Source of the DNA: Octopus vulgaris
Lineage: Eukaryota
Length of the DNA: 64,000 nucleotides
Assembly (NCBI GenBank): GCA_951406725.2
Contig: OX597825.1
Location: 992,001-1,056,000, forward strand
Direction of reading: 5' to 3'
The notes under the pieces are model-generated. The model ran no database searches and was not told the DNA's origin. It worked only from the letters and a program-made list of their open reading frames with translations. Below, piece by piece: positions 50,745 through 63,819 of the stretch. The position numbers and the translations under genes are program-made. How positions within the stretch are numbered: the stretch's first letter is position 1; each line of letters opens with the position of its first letter.

Positions 50745-51270
50745 AGAATTTCACTTTACAATTGCATGGTTCTGGGTTCAATTTCATTGCATAGCACCTT
50801 GAACAAATGTATAGCTCTGGGCCAACCAATGCTTTTGTGAATGAAGTTGGCAGATGTAAAATGCGTGGAAGCTTGTTGTCTGTATGTCTCTATGTATCGT
50901 CATCATTTAATACCTGTTTTCCCTGCTGGCATCAGTTGAATCGTTTGGTAGGAACTGGTGAGGCTGGCAGCCACACCAGGCTCCATTGTCTGTTTTGGCA
51001 CAGTTTCTAATGGCTGGATACCCTTCCTACAGCCAACCACTTTACAAAGTGCCACTGGGTGTTTTTTATGTGGCACACCAGCATTAACAGATTATGTACA
51101 TATATATGTGCGTGTTTGTGCCCTTGCCACTTCACAACTTCAGTTGGTTTGTTTACATCCCTGTAACTTAGCAGTTCAGTGAAAGTGATTGGCAGAGCAA
51201 AGACTTTAGTACTGGGTTGATTTGTTCAACTACAGCCTTCAGTGAGCGGAACAAGTAAAAGATAAAAGAT
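50745..51270 (+). mobile_element. SINE family A copy with a nested family B fragment (about 50895-51085, minus strand)
   Basis: Family A head and body flank CATCATTTAATACCTG...GGATACCCTTCC...GTGGCAC, which is inserted in the internal microsatellite. Confidence 0.65.
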
Positions 51271-51469
51271 AACCAGAAGGCAGAAAGGGAAATATGTGCT
51301 GCAGCAAGTTTGAGTAGCAGATGGAAAAGGGCCAAGTGAAATTCATTTTAATGCTTATGGAATACATCTAATGATTATATAGCTTAATATGTATTTAATT
51401 AGTAGAAGTATCTCTACACCTTGTTATTTCGATCAACTAAAAAACCAAATATTTTCAGGGTATGATTAT

Positions 51470-51690
51470 CCTTGTAGCACTTAAACCAGTCACACCTGAC
51501 CCAAATATTCTACCTGTGTATTGTTCAGACTGACCAGATCCAGCCTCTCACACCTACCTTACAATGTCATTCTAAATATAAACAATTATGTCTTCAAAAT
51601 CTTGAAGCCACAAGATAATACATAATTAATTTTTAAAAATCTGGAGAAATAAACATTATGTTTGATAAATTAATCTGAATGCTATAAAGA
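51470..51690. mobile_element. piggyBac-type MITE family 2, diverged copy
   Basis: Reverse-complement similarity to 46043-46610 (CCTCTCACACCTAC, TGTCATTCTAAA, TCTGAATG). Confidence 0.6.
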
Positions 51691-53159
51691 GTAGAATACT
51701 GTTTTTATGCTTATTGACACTTAATTTTAGAATTAGTTCAAATACAAATCATCCATTAGCTTCTTGTGGCCTTGAATGGATCTGTTTGCTGCCTTCAGAC
51801 TGAAGTACAACCCCTGGCATAAAGTAGTTGGTATTCCTACTGCATATAACAATGGAAAGCATTCTGATCAAAGGGAATGTCGGCCTGTTTGTCGAGCCAT
51901 TCGAAAGCTGAAATGATATGAAGTGCACTGACACCAAAACTACGGCAGTTGCAACGTATCAATAAACATGTCATTTAACTTAATCAATAATTGCTATTAA
52001 CAACCAGCTGAAGTTAATCAAAGTTATCACAGAAAATAACCATGGAAGTCTATTTGTAAATTATGTAAAAAGATGTCTAACTCAACTGTAGACGAATTGG
52101 TTTATTTAATCAGTAATCACTGCTCTGCAGCCAGCTTAAGTTATCTCGATTTATTGCAGAAAGAATGAGACAGGTTATTTAAATGAAAATGACCTGCAGA
52201 AAGATGTTGGCCGACTGTATTGTAGCTGTATGGTTAGACATTTCTTGGAAGATGGGAAACTATTAGAACCAGCAATCAAGGAATGGATTGACGATGTACT
52301 CCAAGGTTTTAGGCTGTCAAATGTTTCCTTATCAGAATCAAATTTGGAAATACAAAGTAAAAAGAAATCTCTAAAGGAATCTGTGAGTCAAATAGGAAGG
52401 AATTATTTCTCAGAATAATTGCTGGAAAAGCAATATGGAATTTCATTAAATATGCAAAATTTAAATCTTATCGAGTTGAGCTATGGAAAATCGATTGTTA
52501 AATAAATATGCATGTAACATATTATGGTTAGATCTGTAATTTTGAGAAGGTCAAATATTCCGAATATATTTCATAATTTAAAACACTATACGTATCTTTA
52601 TATTTAACTAAAAAAACCCCAACAACATATAATTATATTAACAGGGTATGATCAAAGGGAAATGATTAAGCCTGTGTGTTTATTGAATTCTAGAGCATAG
52701 ATTAATTTTGCAAAAATCTGTATTTAAAATCAAAAACACCTTATTTAAAAGCTGCTCATGTTTTCATTAAATTTAAAGATTACTGTGCTGGTGTATCTTA
52801 GGCAACTTGGTTATGGAATAGAATAGTAAGACAACAAGGCAACGTGCTTAGTAGGGGAGGTTAGGAAGATCGAGGCTGTGGTTGAAACACTGGAACGGAA
52901 TAATTTCAGAGAAGTTAAAAATAGTTTTAAAAATTGCTAAAAGACAGAAAAGGGGACAATCATTTTTGTTGACCTTGGTGGAATTCTTTAAGATTTTCTA
53001 GAAATCTTTTGGGGAAAAAACAGAAAATGCTTCACCTTTTCACTTAGTCTTGTCTTGTTTTTTAACTTCTCTTAATTTATTCAGTTACAGTGTTTCACCT
53101 TCCTCTTTTAACTTCCTAATAACATTACCCCGTTGTCTTACTGTATTATATTAAAGATT

Positions 53160-53220
<61 letters not shown>

Positions 53221-53377
53221 GAGAAGTTGGTTTGTGAAAGCACGTGGTTGAATATATAGAAAATAGTAAAAAGTGAAAAAACTACAGAAGGCTTCTTTTA
53301 AAAGGTTAAAAAATATATATTTGAGTCAATATGTCTGAAGAATGTTATAAATTTTTTCTTACAATGGCATAGTTTAG

Positions 53378-53417
53378 AAGAAATGACCGGTTTTGCGTTC
53401 AGCTTTTCAAATTTCTT
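53378..53417 (-). ncRNA. Minimal type I hammerhead ribozyme, G12A-mutated copy
   Basis: Same fold as 54099-54138 but reads GCAAAAC instead of GCGAAAC (C>T at 53394 on the plus strand, a CpG site). Confidence 0.55.
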
Positions 53418-54098
53418 ACATCGTTATGTTTACGTTAAGAAGAGTTATCGTTATGTTCATGTTGAGAAGAGTTCCAGATAAGGGGAGGTAATAAGTGATT
53501 TCTTCCGGTGTAAGGGAGATAATCGCTTAAAATTTTTTTTCCTTTCTTTTGGAGTGAATTTCTCTGTAAAAATATGTTGGAATGGTTAAGTTTGGGCTTG
53601 TATTTTTCAATGAAGAATGTTTCCTTGTTTAGTCTAATTTGTGTTGGTGTTCCGATAGCACATTGGTAAAATGGAAAGATTAAAAATTGTGGTAATAGTT
53701 GCCTTGCGCATTTCTCAATGTGCTCACTAAAGGGTAGCATTCTGTATTCTGGGAATGCAATCTGTTGTCGATGCAGTGTGCATCTACGTCTGAGCACATT
53801 GAGAAATGCGCAAAGCAACTACTGCCACAATTTTTAATCTTTCCATTTTACCAATGTGCTATCGGAACACCAACACAAATTAGACTAAACAAGGAAACAT
53901 TCTTCATTGAAAAATACAAGCCCAAACTTAACCATTCCAACATACTTTTACAGAGAAATTCACTCCAAAAGAAAGGAAAAAAATTTTAAGCGATTATCTC
54001 CCTTACACCGGAAGAAATCACTTATTACCTCCCCTTATCTGGAACTCTTCTCAACATAAACATAACGATAACTCTTCTCAACGTAAACATAACGATGT

Positions 54099-54138
54099 AA
54101 GAAATTTGAAAAGCTGAACGCGAAACCGGTCATTTCTT
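54099..54138 (+). ncRNA. Minimal type I hammerhead ribozyme (Penelope-type, U3-A8 core variant)
   Basis: AAGAAAT [TTGAAAA] GC-TGAAC-GC [GAA] AC-CG-GT [C] ATTTCTT: 7-bp stem I, 2-bp stem II, palindromic ACCGGT stem III, GUC cleavage triplet ending at 54131. Confidence 0.7.
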
Positions 54139-54256
54139 CTAAACTATGTTATTGTAAGAAAAAAATTTATAACATTCTTCAGACATATTAACTCAAATAT
54201 ATATTTTTTAACCTTTTAAAACAAGCCTTCTGTAGTTTTTTCACTTTTTATTATTT

Positions 54257-54292
<36 letters not shown>

Positions 54293-54294
54293 CA

Positions 54295-54454
54295 CACATT
54301 CTTATCTCTCCTTGTTTTATCTCTGTCCCTTTCTGTAGAAGAGCATAGGCTCGAAACATAAAAGAATTTTTCTATTCCTGAGCGTTATACTAATACATCT
54401 GTTTGTTTTGTACACCACCTGTCTTCGTCTTTTGTTTTTTTCATAAACTCTCCC

Positions 54455-54455
<1 letters not shown>
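54295..54455 (+). mobile_element. Short Penelope-like terminal relic with a degenerate hammerhead-like motif
   Basis: CTTT-CTGTAGA-A-GAGC-ATAG-GCTC-GAAACATA-AAAG at 54329-54364; embedded in (TA)n; related to 24353-24540. Confidence 0.5.
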
Positions 54456-54524
<69 letters not shown>

Positions 54525-54834
54525 ACTTGATGAAGTTATTAAAGATAGAAATAAAAGGAGTACATTCTGACCGGTACATTTACAGTTGAAGAAATATATA
54601 AGTGGTCTACAGAAACTGTAGTTTTGAAAGTTGAGGGATGAGTTGGAGACTCAATATATTTATCTTCACCTTTTATTTGTCTCAGTCATTGGACTTGGCA
54701 ATGCTGGAGCATCACCTTGAAAGTTTTAGAGGAACAAACTGAGCTCAATACTTGTATTTTGAATAATTGTAAAATTCAAAGAAATATTTTTCAAAGTTAC
54801 TCAAAGGCAAATGTACCTAGAAATAATTCTTTAT

Positions 54835-55033
54835 AATTTTGGCACAAAATTTTGAGGGGAAGGGAACAAGTGGATTACCTCAAGCCTGATATTTGACTGG
54901 TGCTTATTTTATCAACTTCGAAAGGATAAAAGGTAAAGTTGACCTTGGAATATGAACTCAGAACATAAAGAGTCACAAGAAATGCTGCTAAGGTTTTGTC
55001 TGATGCCCTTAATGTTTCTACCAAGTTGCCACC
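54835..55033 (-). mobile_element. SINE family C, diverged copy
   Basis: TTTTGGCACAA...CTGGTGCTTATTTTATCAAC...AAGTTGACCTTGG...GAACTCAGAAC. Confidence 0.65.
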
Positions 55034-57958
55034 CTAAATGCTACTATAAATAATAGCCAAGATTATATCAGTTAACAACCTCTGACATGGGAAAAAAGTG
55101 GACAAAGTCACACCTGGGAAACAAACGAAATACCTTCACAGACTGAATAGTCATAATAGTACTACTAAACTACTTTTAATGGTGAAATCAGAAACTTCAA
55201 TTTTACAAGGGAGAAAAGAGAATTGTCGATTTTATTTTATATATGGATATTTTATCGCTTAGTCAGTTACTATAATCGCTAACTCCGTTTCCATATATAT
55301 ATATATATATATATATTCCATGCGTTATTTATGTATATATACTGTCCTGAATGTTATACACACCCTTCTTATTGCTGTTGTTTAGCCCCAAGTAATATTT
55401 GATAGAGCTTCACCTATTATTTTACTGAGGCTGCATATCCCAGATGAAGCGATTCATTGCATCTTCACCTCTCTTTTCAAAAATGATGTAAATTGGGTTT
55501 TGAAGGAGAAACAGCTACAACTTCCCCTAGATTCAAAACGATCAAATAAGATCAGGACTGGGAACATTTTTAGTAACAGGGTTAAATTGCAAAGTGCCTA
55601 AGAAGCTGTGGGGGTTCGTCTATGCTGAGAAAAATAATGAAAGTGATTAAATGAATGTAATTAATTTTTCAAATTCACAGCTATGAAATTTCTATTAAAT
55701 TACTGTTTCGGTGTTAAGGTTTAAACCATTTTTTTCATATGACTTTTAGAGAGAGTTTCAAATTTGAATGCAAGATAAATTTTGCTTTCAGCAAGGTTTC
55801 TCATTTTCTGATATAAAAATTCAATCCTGCCTTGGCTAACATATATGTTTTGCTGTACAAATTATCAGAGCTTCAGCATAGTTATATATGTACAGCCATA
55901 ATTTAATAGGAATTTGTTATGTAAAATGTATATCTCTAACTCTATGTGCTGTATGTGAGCAATGATGAAATTTCTTTTTACAAATCTGTCTGAGTCGTGG
56001 TTCAATAATAATAATTTCTCAATGGAGGTTGTGGTTGTGCTGATAGTGAAAACAAATGTTGCAGATGTAATTTGGTTAATAAAGTTAGAAATCTCAGAAT
56101 TACAGAAAATTAACAACTAATCAGGAATATGTAATTTAATATATTATAATGCCATGAAATTACTATTCAGTTCAAAGAGTGCCTAATATTTGTTTATGTA
56201 ATAATACTTGAATTTCATCATTAAAATTCAATTGTGAATATATTTGAATACCAGAGCTGTAGGATATATATTAATTTCTGACAAGATATTGATTTCATAC
56301 AAAGGATTTGATCATAGGGTGAATATTTTCCCTATCAACATAGACACACACACATACACACACACACACACACACAGAGAAGGAATGAGTGTGTGTGTGT
56401 GTATACATATGAGTGTGTATATGTACACACACCCATATGCATCCCTCTGTGTATCTCACCTTCCTGCTCTCTCTCTATATGTATGTATGTGTATACACAC
56501 GCACACACGTATAGTACACATGTATACATAAATATGCACAAATATAGACACACATACACATCGACATACATTTAATGATATGCAGAAAATTATTCTAAGT
56601 TTATTTCAAATTTGCAAAAATTAACATGACATCTACTTTTATGCTCAACAGATGATTAATAAATGCTATGTAACAAGGAACATTTACCCAAAAACAAGAC
56701 AAAAAGAACCCTTTCAAAGTAAATTAAATTAATTAATAATGTATGAGGCTTATGAAATTTGATATAAACAGTAAAACAGTGGAATATTTTAAACTTCCAG
56801 ACTTCTACGACTCAATGTTATGTGTTCAATACTGAGTTGAACTCTGTGGCAAAACTGGTGAAAGTCTGTGTTTCTGTGCCAGACCATAATCCTGTCTGTC
56901 ATTCATGGAATATCAGACTGCATGAAATGCTCAATAAATAAGTCAATGGTTATATCATGCTGATGGTTTCTAAATTGAATGAAATAGTTACAGAGTTACT
57001 GCCAACAATAAATTTTATGAACTTTGTTATAAGTAAGCAAAAAAGAAGAAAAAAAGATTTGTGAATTTTATGCAAGTTTTCCTTTATCCTTAATTCAAGT
57101 TCAAATTTCTAATCCTACCAAATATTATGAAGAAATGCTTATCTCCTTTGTAATAACTGCAACAGCATAAAGGTGGGTTTAAAAATTATACAGTTATGTT
57201 TTATGATAAGGGAAGCAAGGAAATCTGACATTTTGGGGGTCACTTCATCTGAGAACAATTTTTCTTACTCTCAGTAAGTGGAATGGCAGAAGTAGGAGTG
57301 TGGTGAGAAAAGTACGGTGACATATGGTCACATCCTTTTGTGATTTGGTTATGTCCCTGTACGCACAGGTAGAATTTGCCATTCCTTCTATAGTGGATAA
57401 AATATTTTTGCTGGTGTTGATATAATTGATTAAACTTTGACCCATTGTCCTTTCATGGTCACTGTCCAGTGGTTGAAACCAGTAAAAGACTAAAAGAAAC
57501 AAAGAATATAATATATACTCTCCGTAAAACAAATGGAGCATGAAATGAAACAAAATAAATCAATTCTTATTCGATACTCCATATTACAATAAAAATCTGT
57601 GAAATAAAAAATAATTCTTAGAATTTAATGAAATGGTTTTTAATCTCAGAACCCATAAATCAGTTAGTGGAACCACAGACATTACTTTTTTTTCCTATTC
57701 TCAGGTGAGGAATGCGAGACTGAAATGTCTAATTCTTCACTCCTCTTGGCAACTAAATTTATCAAATTCTTCTATGAACTCTCTTACTGATTATACTGCA
57801 GAGGCAATCTATTAGCAATTTTCTGGGATTTTAGCATTTAATCACTTCTGCATCTCTTGACTTTTTTTTTTTTTTTTTTTTTTACATATTTGTATATTCT
57901 CATTCTTGTGTACCCTTCACTCTACAAAAATCTAACCAACTTCAATTCTGAGGTTTAA

Positions 57959-58181
57959 CCCTTTTGATACTAACCTGGCTGAAACCACCTCTAGCTCTGT
58001 AATACAAATATCCTTGTTTTCAAAAGTTCTGAATTAAAATCTTCCACCAAACCTTAGTTACAATTTATATTCCTAACACTAGCTTAATGATAATTAAGTT
58101 ATTTTACAAAATTCTTTGTTATATTTCAAATTAATTGAAAGAAACCCAGAGCATCTCAACAGAAATAGGGTAACAAAAGGA
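57959..58181. mobile_element. piggyBac-type MITE (family 1), copy 2
   Basis: TTAA at 57955-57958 and 58182-58185; aligns end to end with 31-251. Confidence 0.8.
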
Positions 58182-59664
58182 TTAAGAATTAGTTTCAGAT
58201 TTAATTTTTTATTTTTGTTCTTTTAGCCCCCCAAAATACATAATTTGGACAGAATTAAATAAGTAAAATATGGTATTTTTATAATCTCATACCAATACGC
58301 ACACACATCTAATGATTTACTAAATTGAATTTACAAGGTTTTGGTCAAACGGAAGGTTGTTATGAATGAAACTTGTTTAAGGGGCTACACTAGGAGTGAA
58401 CCCCAAACCTCTTGCTTGTGAAGCAAACTTCTTAATCTTATGACCATACCTTCAACCATAAAGATCTTTTTAAAGACAAAGAAGTAAATTTCAAATGCAG
58501 TATAACTGCTGTGTAAACAACAGAGTAAATACTCTTAGAAGATGGAAAAAAGTTGCCAGCGGCTGCTGTTCTCAGAGCATTTGAAAATTACTATCTTGTC
58601 TGTAAAATATCAAACATGTTTGATGCTTCCAAAGTTTGTTCATAAAATATTTTTAAAAATTCATTTCGAAAGTATCATCTTCTATGCTCTCTTTTAATAT
58701 GAATTAGCAGCAACCAGGTTAATTGTTAAATAGTCATATACTTAAAAGGACCATCCATTATACAAATCCATCATTTTTTGCTAAAATGTCTTATTGAAGA
58801 GTTTCGTTTTTTCACTTTCCTGAAGAGAAGATTGCATTGTTTTCTACCATTTATTCTTTTGAATAATATCAGTGGAATCTTTGAAACATGTGTTTAAAAG
58901 TAAAAGTATTTGATTTATACCTGCATTAAACTCCATTTATATATATATATATAAAAACTAAAGTTACATAAGATATTAGGTCATACAATCAAAATATAAG
59001 TAATATCAGGCAGAAACTAATACCATAACATGATACTTGTGAATGTGAGTTTCACTATAATGAACACACATGTACAAGAACACGAGACAGTCATTTATGC
59101 AGGTGAATACGATGCTGAAGCGTTAATATCGTGTTCTAGCATGGTTTTAGCCAAAATGGCTAAAACAATGTAAAGAACATGTGTGTGTATGTGTGTGTGT
59201 GTGTGTGTGTGTGCATGAGTGAGGTTATAATATTGCAAATCGCATTCACCAGCATCACATTACGATATTAGTTTCTGCATTGTATTTATTAATCTATATC
59301 TTAATTACATTACCAATAGCTTACATTTGTCTCCAAATTTTAACAAGATATGAAATGAGATCAAGTATCACACAAAAGTACATTACAAAGGAAACAATAT
59401 TATAAATGAAGCAATGCAGTGAACATTCCTAAACTGATTTTAATCTGCTTGAAAAGATGGGTCTCTGTTGCTGAACAAAAATTAAAAGTAGCATGGAGAC
59501 TTGTAGAAAAGAATTTATCTCCTGCCATAAAGTGAAGGAATCTGTATCGGGTCAAGAGAAGACAGTCTCATATTTCTCATTACCAAGAATTTAGTAATAT
59601 GAGGAAGTTTTATGCAAAGGTAGAAATCATTTTTGACATACTCTCTCTCTCTCTCTCCTTATTA

Positions 59665-59771
<107 letters not shown>

Positions 59772-60118
59772 ATATATACATACACATACACATACAGGCA
59801 ACCAACACATCACAGATGCATTGCATTCCTGAAACTCTGGACCAAACTCTGGACTACCATAATCCCGACACCTATTATTTTCCGTTGATTCCCATGTCAT
59901 CCATTCATGGGAATCAATGAAAGAGAGTTACATATCCTGTTGTTTAACTGTAAACTCAAATTGCAAAAACAGGCTTCACTGCTGCATAGAACTGCACATT
60001 ACATGGAAACTTTCAGGAATGCAGTACCTTGCAGACTGTAGAAGGCCTGTACATGTGCATGCAAGTCTAACTACCTGTCTCTCTGTATATGTATGCATGT
60101 GTATGTATATATATATAT

Positions 60119-60159
<41 letters not shown>

Positions 60160-61894
60160 ACATGATAATTGGTACATATGAACGAAAGAGTGATTAGAGT
60201 GGGATAAGGAAATGGGTCCAATTTAAAAACCAGTTGAATTTTTGAAAATATTTCAACGTATCTTTTTTTTGGAGAGCATCCAAAAAGAAACCTTTTGATG
60301 GCTCATTTGCGAAGCTTGGATATTTCGGGAGATTTGACAATTTGAATGGTCAGTGACTTGGTTGAAATCATGCTTAATTGGCCTAAATGAATAATTAGCC
60401 ATATTTGTGATGTCATATCTTTTAAATTGAGGTGATAATCATCTTCAAATTACACAAATTAATAGTAACCATGGTAATAGAGCAGTTGTCTATTGTTTTC
60501 AGGTTCTTGGAAAGGAAACTTTTTTGGGGCCAGTTTTTTAAATATTTATATAAAGCCTATTTTGTTACATATGGAAAAAGTCAATTTCATGGTGTTCTTA
60601 GACCTAATTAAATCCAAAAGTATGACCCTCAGGGATGGACTTGAGTTTTGGCATATTTATAGTAGATATGAATCTAAATAAATCCTGAGATTATGGGACA
60701 TGACACCATTTCAATAAAATTTTAACAGACTATTATTAAAAATGGTTATTTTCAGATCAGTTTCAGATCAGTGCACCCATGTAAGTTGGATTTTCTCCAT
60801 TTTGACAGGGATTTTTCCAATCCCACCCCCCACGGCTTTGGAAATCTTAGAAAATTTATGATTCTCCCCACCCCTGGACCAATTTTGACCAGTTTTATTT
60901 TGCACTATACACTTAAAAACAATGGGAAAAGCTTTTCCAGAAAAAAAAAAAAAAAATTGCAAATATTTTCAAATGAAAAGCTGTGTGATTTAATGGAGAT
61001 GTTGCTGGTGCTTTTGTGCATCCCATGACCACTTGGTACCTTTCTAAGAATTGCATGTTGACCTCACTTAAAAAGCAAACAAGGTGTAAAAACTAATTCT
61101 TTTACTTTAAGCATTAAAAACATAAATTAAAGACATTAAAAACATCTATAACTTACAGTAAACTCGTTAGTAGAAGAGAGAAAAAAAACAACCCCAAGTG
61201 AATATCTAACCACTGCCACAATTTATCCAATTGTATTCAAATCGAAAACCAAAAAAAATCACATCTGACTTTAATAGTCTACAAAATAATATTCATTGTA
61301 CAATATTATTTTTATTGGTGTAATTTGACCAATATTTTTCAGTTAAATGAAATTTACACGTACATTAAATGCAATGATTCCATGCTAATTTGGGGCTCAA
61401 GAAGACTTATGTGCGTCAATTTAGTGCATTTTTTCATAGAAATAGAGGTTTACTTTGTAATTAATTCATTCATTTCTCTAAATTCTGGCTCAAACTCAAT
61501 ATTTGAAGGCTTGGATCCAAGTTCCATTTGACCTCTGTGCCATGCATGAATATGTCAGTTTGACAAGTGCCTACAGTATGCCACCCCTTTTTATTGATAT
61601 TGCATCTTTTCGCCATATCGTAGCCAGATTTGTCAATTACCATATTCAATTCACGAGAAATTTTTCTGTCTTATGATATATAAATCTTGAAGATAATATG
61701 TTCTTTTCTACATGAAAAATTAACGATGAAATCTTCACATTTATATTTTTTAACAATTATCCGACCTACTTCCATCGATTTTTATATCAAAATAAAGCAT
61801 AAACAGTCCTCTTCATGATTGCATGATTATCAACACAAATCAAGTTCCAGCTCTCGAGTGCACTGAACTAGAATGAGAGTTGCTGTTCAGCAGT

Positions 61895-62066
61895 AAGTAT
61901 TCTTTGTAAGCCTTGTGCTTATTCTATTGGTCTCTTTTGCCAAACTGTTATGTTATGGGGACATAAACACACCAGCATCAGTTGTCAAGTGATGTTGGGG
62001 GACAAACACACACAAACATATATACACACATATATACATATATGTGTATATATATATGCATGTATG

Positions 62067-62097
<31 letters not shown>

Positions 62098-62260
62098 GAT
62101 GACCTTCTTTCAGTTTCTGTCTACTAAATCCTCTCACAAGGCTTTGGTTGGCCTGAAGCTATAGTAGAAGACACTTGCCCAAGGTGCCACGCAGTGGGAC
62201 TGAACTTGGAACCATGTGGTTTGTAAGCAAGCTACTTACCACACAGCCACTCCTGCACCT
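61895..62260 (-). mobile_element. SINE family A copy
   Basis: Reverse complement: AGGTGCAGGAGTGGCTGTGTGGTAAGTAGCTTGC...CCCACTGCGTGGCACCTTGGGCAAGTGTCTTCTACTATAGC. Confidence 0.85.
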
Positions 62261-62459
62261 ATGTTGACAATTTATTCTATTAATCAACAAAACTGAAAAT
62301 GGTTGGGAACTAAACAACAGTGTACTCTGGTGGCAGACCATGGTAACACAAAACACCAATCAAAGATATGTGCTTCACATCTCTTGGTCAAACAAACTGT
62401 ATTAACATATCCCTTCTGATTAGAAGTGAAAGTGGACAATACTGTTCGTTTAACATTTT

Positions 62460-63100
62460 TTGATTTAGGTCAAGTTCCCACATAGTCCAGACCTATTATT
62501 CGAAAGCAACAAATGAAGTACAAAGAAGATGGTAGAAACCAAAAGTGCCAAATCTGTGACTGTTAAAACATGTGACCACGAGAAGGTTTACGACACAATT
62601 GTTTTAATGTGTTTTACTGATGGCACAAAGCTTATTTCACTTCTAAAAGAAGAAAAAACATTACCTAAAGAAAAACTAGGAGGAATGAAATTGTGGATAG
62701 AATGTGGTTGAAGTTGCTTTTTGAGTCATTCAAATAACTGGCTTTTTGAGCTGACAGGTCTCAGTTTGTTAGAAAGAAAGTTGGCAACTAAAATTTCAAC
62801 TGTAATGCCAGGTAGACTAACTCTAACCAGTCACTTTCAGCCTCTGGATGTCTTTATCAATGAACCATTTAAAGGATTTATGTGGTAAGAATGAATGAAT
62901 TGGATTTAGGTTTCAGCTTTTGAAGAGGCACAGAGACAAGGAGAAGGAAGAGGTTTACTTAGAGATGTGTGAACAGGTAACAAGTTCATGGAATGAAGTA
63001 AAAGATGAGGGAGTTGAGAAATCATGAAAAAGATGTAGAGTTAGTAATACCATAAATGGAGATGAGGGGGTTTATTATTTGAAGGAAACATTGTTGACAC
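62460..63100 (+). pseudogene. pogo/Tigger-like (DDE_1) transposase fossil
   Basis: Remnants KSVTVKTCDHEK...TIVLMCFTDGTKL, VMPG...TSHFQPLDVFINEPFK and SWNEVKDE..EKS..RC.VSNTINGDE, with stops. Confidence 0.75.
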
Positions 63101-63777
63101 AAATCCTATTGCAGAACATTCCAGTTAAGAAGGGAGTCTCATTGATACAAAGCAGTGAGAATGAATTTTCAGGCTTTCCCAAAGTTGGCTCACCGAGTTC
63201 TGAAGATGAGGATTTCCCAGATTTCTCAGGTGATTAATTAAATAAAATTTCATTTCATGAAACTTTTTTTGTTTTGTTTTATATTTATTCTGCTCTAAAA
63301 TGTTGTAACACATCTGACGCTATTCACTGAAATACCAGAATGGATTCACTGTTTTCCTGTTGCTTACTCTCTACTAATATTAATGAAAGACTTGCTTTTA
63401 CATAAACTCTGTCTCTAGCAATTCATTCACATTCATTGTACTCTGCTGCTTGCTTTGTACTAGATTTTACTGATATATTTGCTTTGTCTGCATGTACAAA
63501 TTATTCACTGATACTAAAGCAAAGTATTTCTTTTCAGCTTTTGTAAATTAAATCTCTTTTCTTGTCAAGGTTACAACATATGATTTTATAATTGATTCCT
63601 GTTTGCATTGTATTTTTATGCACAAAATCACATGCGACCCCTTCAAAACCACTTTCAAATAATTTTCATGGTGTGTTGGATATTAAAACTCTTTCTTTTC
63701 TATTTTTCATACAAAATACTCCTGTAAGATATAAGGATGTATCTTATGCAGAGTTGCATCTTAAACACTGGCAAATA

Positions 63778-63819
<42 letters not shown>

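Larger units (their letters stand above)
53217..54259. mobile_element. Penelope-like element 3' ends arranged as a long inverted repeat (GIY-YIG C-terminus + 3' UTR)
   Basis: Arms 53258-53726 and 53791-54259 are near-exact reverse complements with a 64-bp spacer. Both encode EHIEKCA...FPFYQC...IRLNKETFFIEKYKPKLN; the minus copy extends through the spacer to RRCTLHRQQI (GIY-YIG RxxxH ... E ... LN). Flanked by (TA)n and (TC)(TA)n. Confidence 0.85.
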
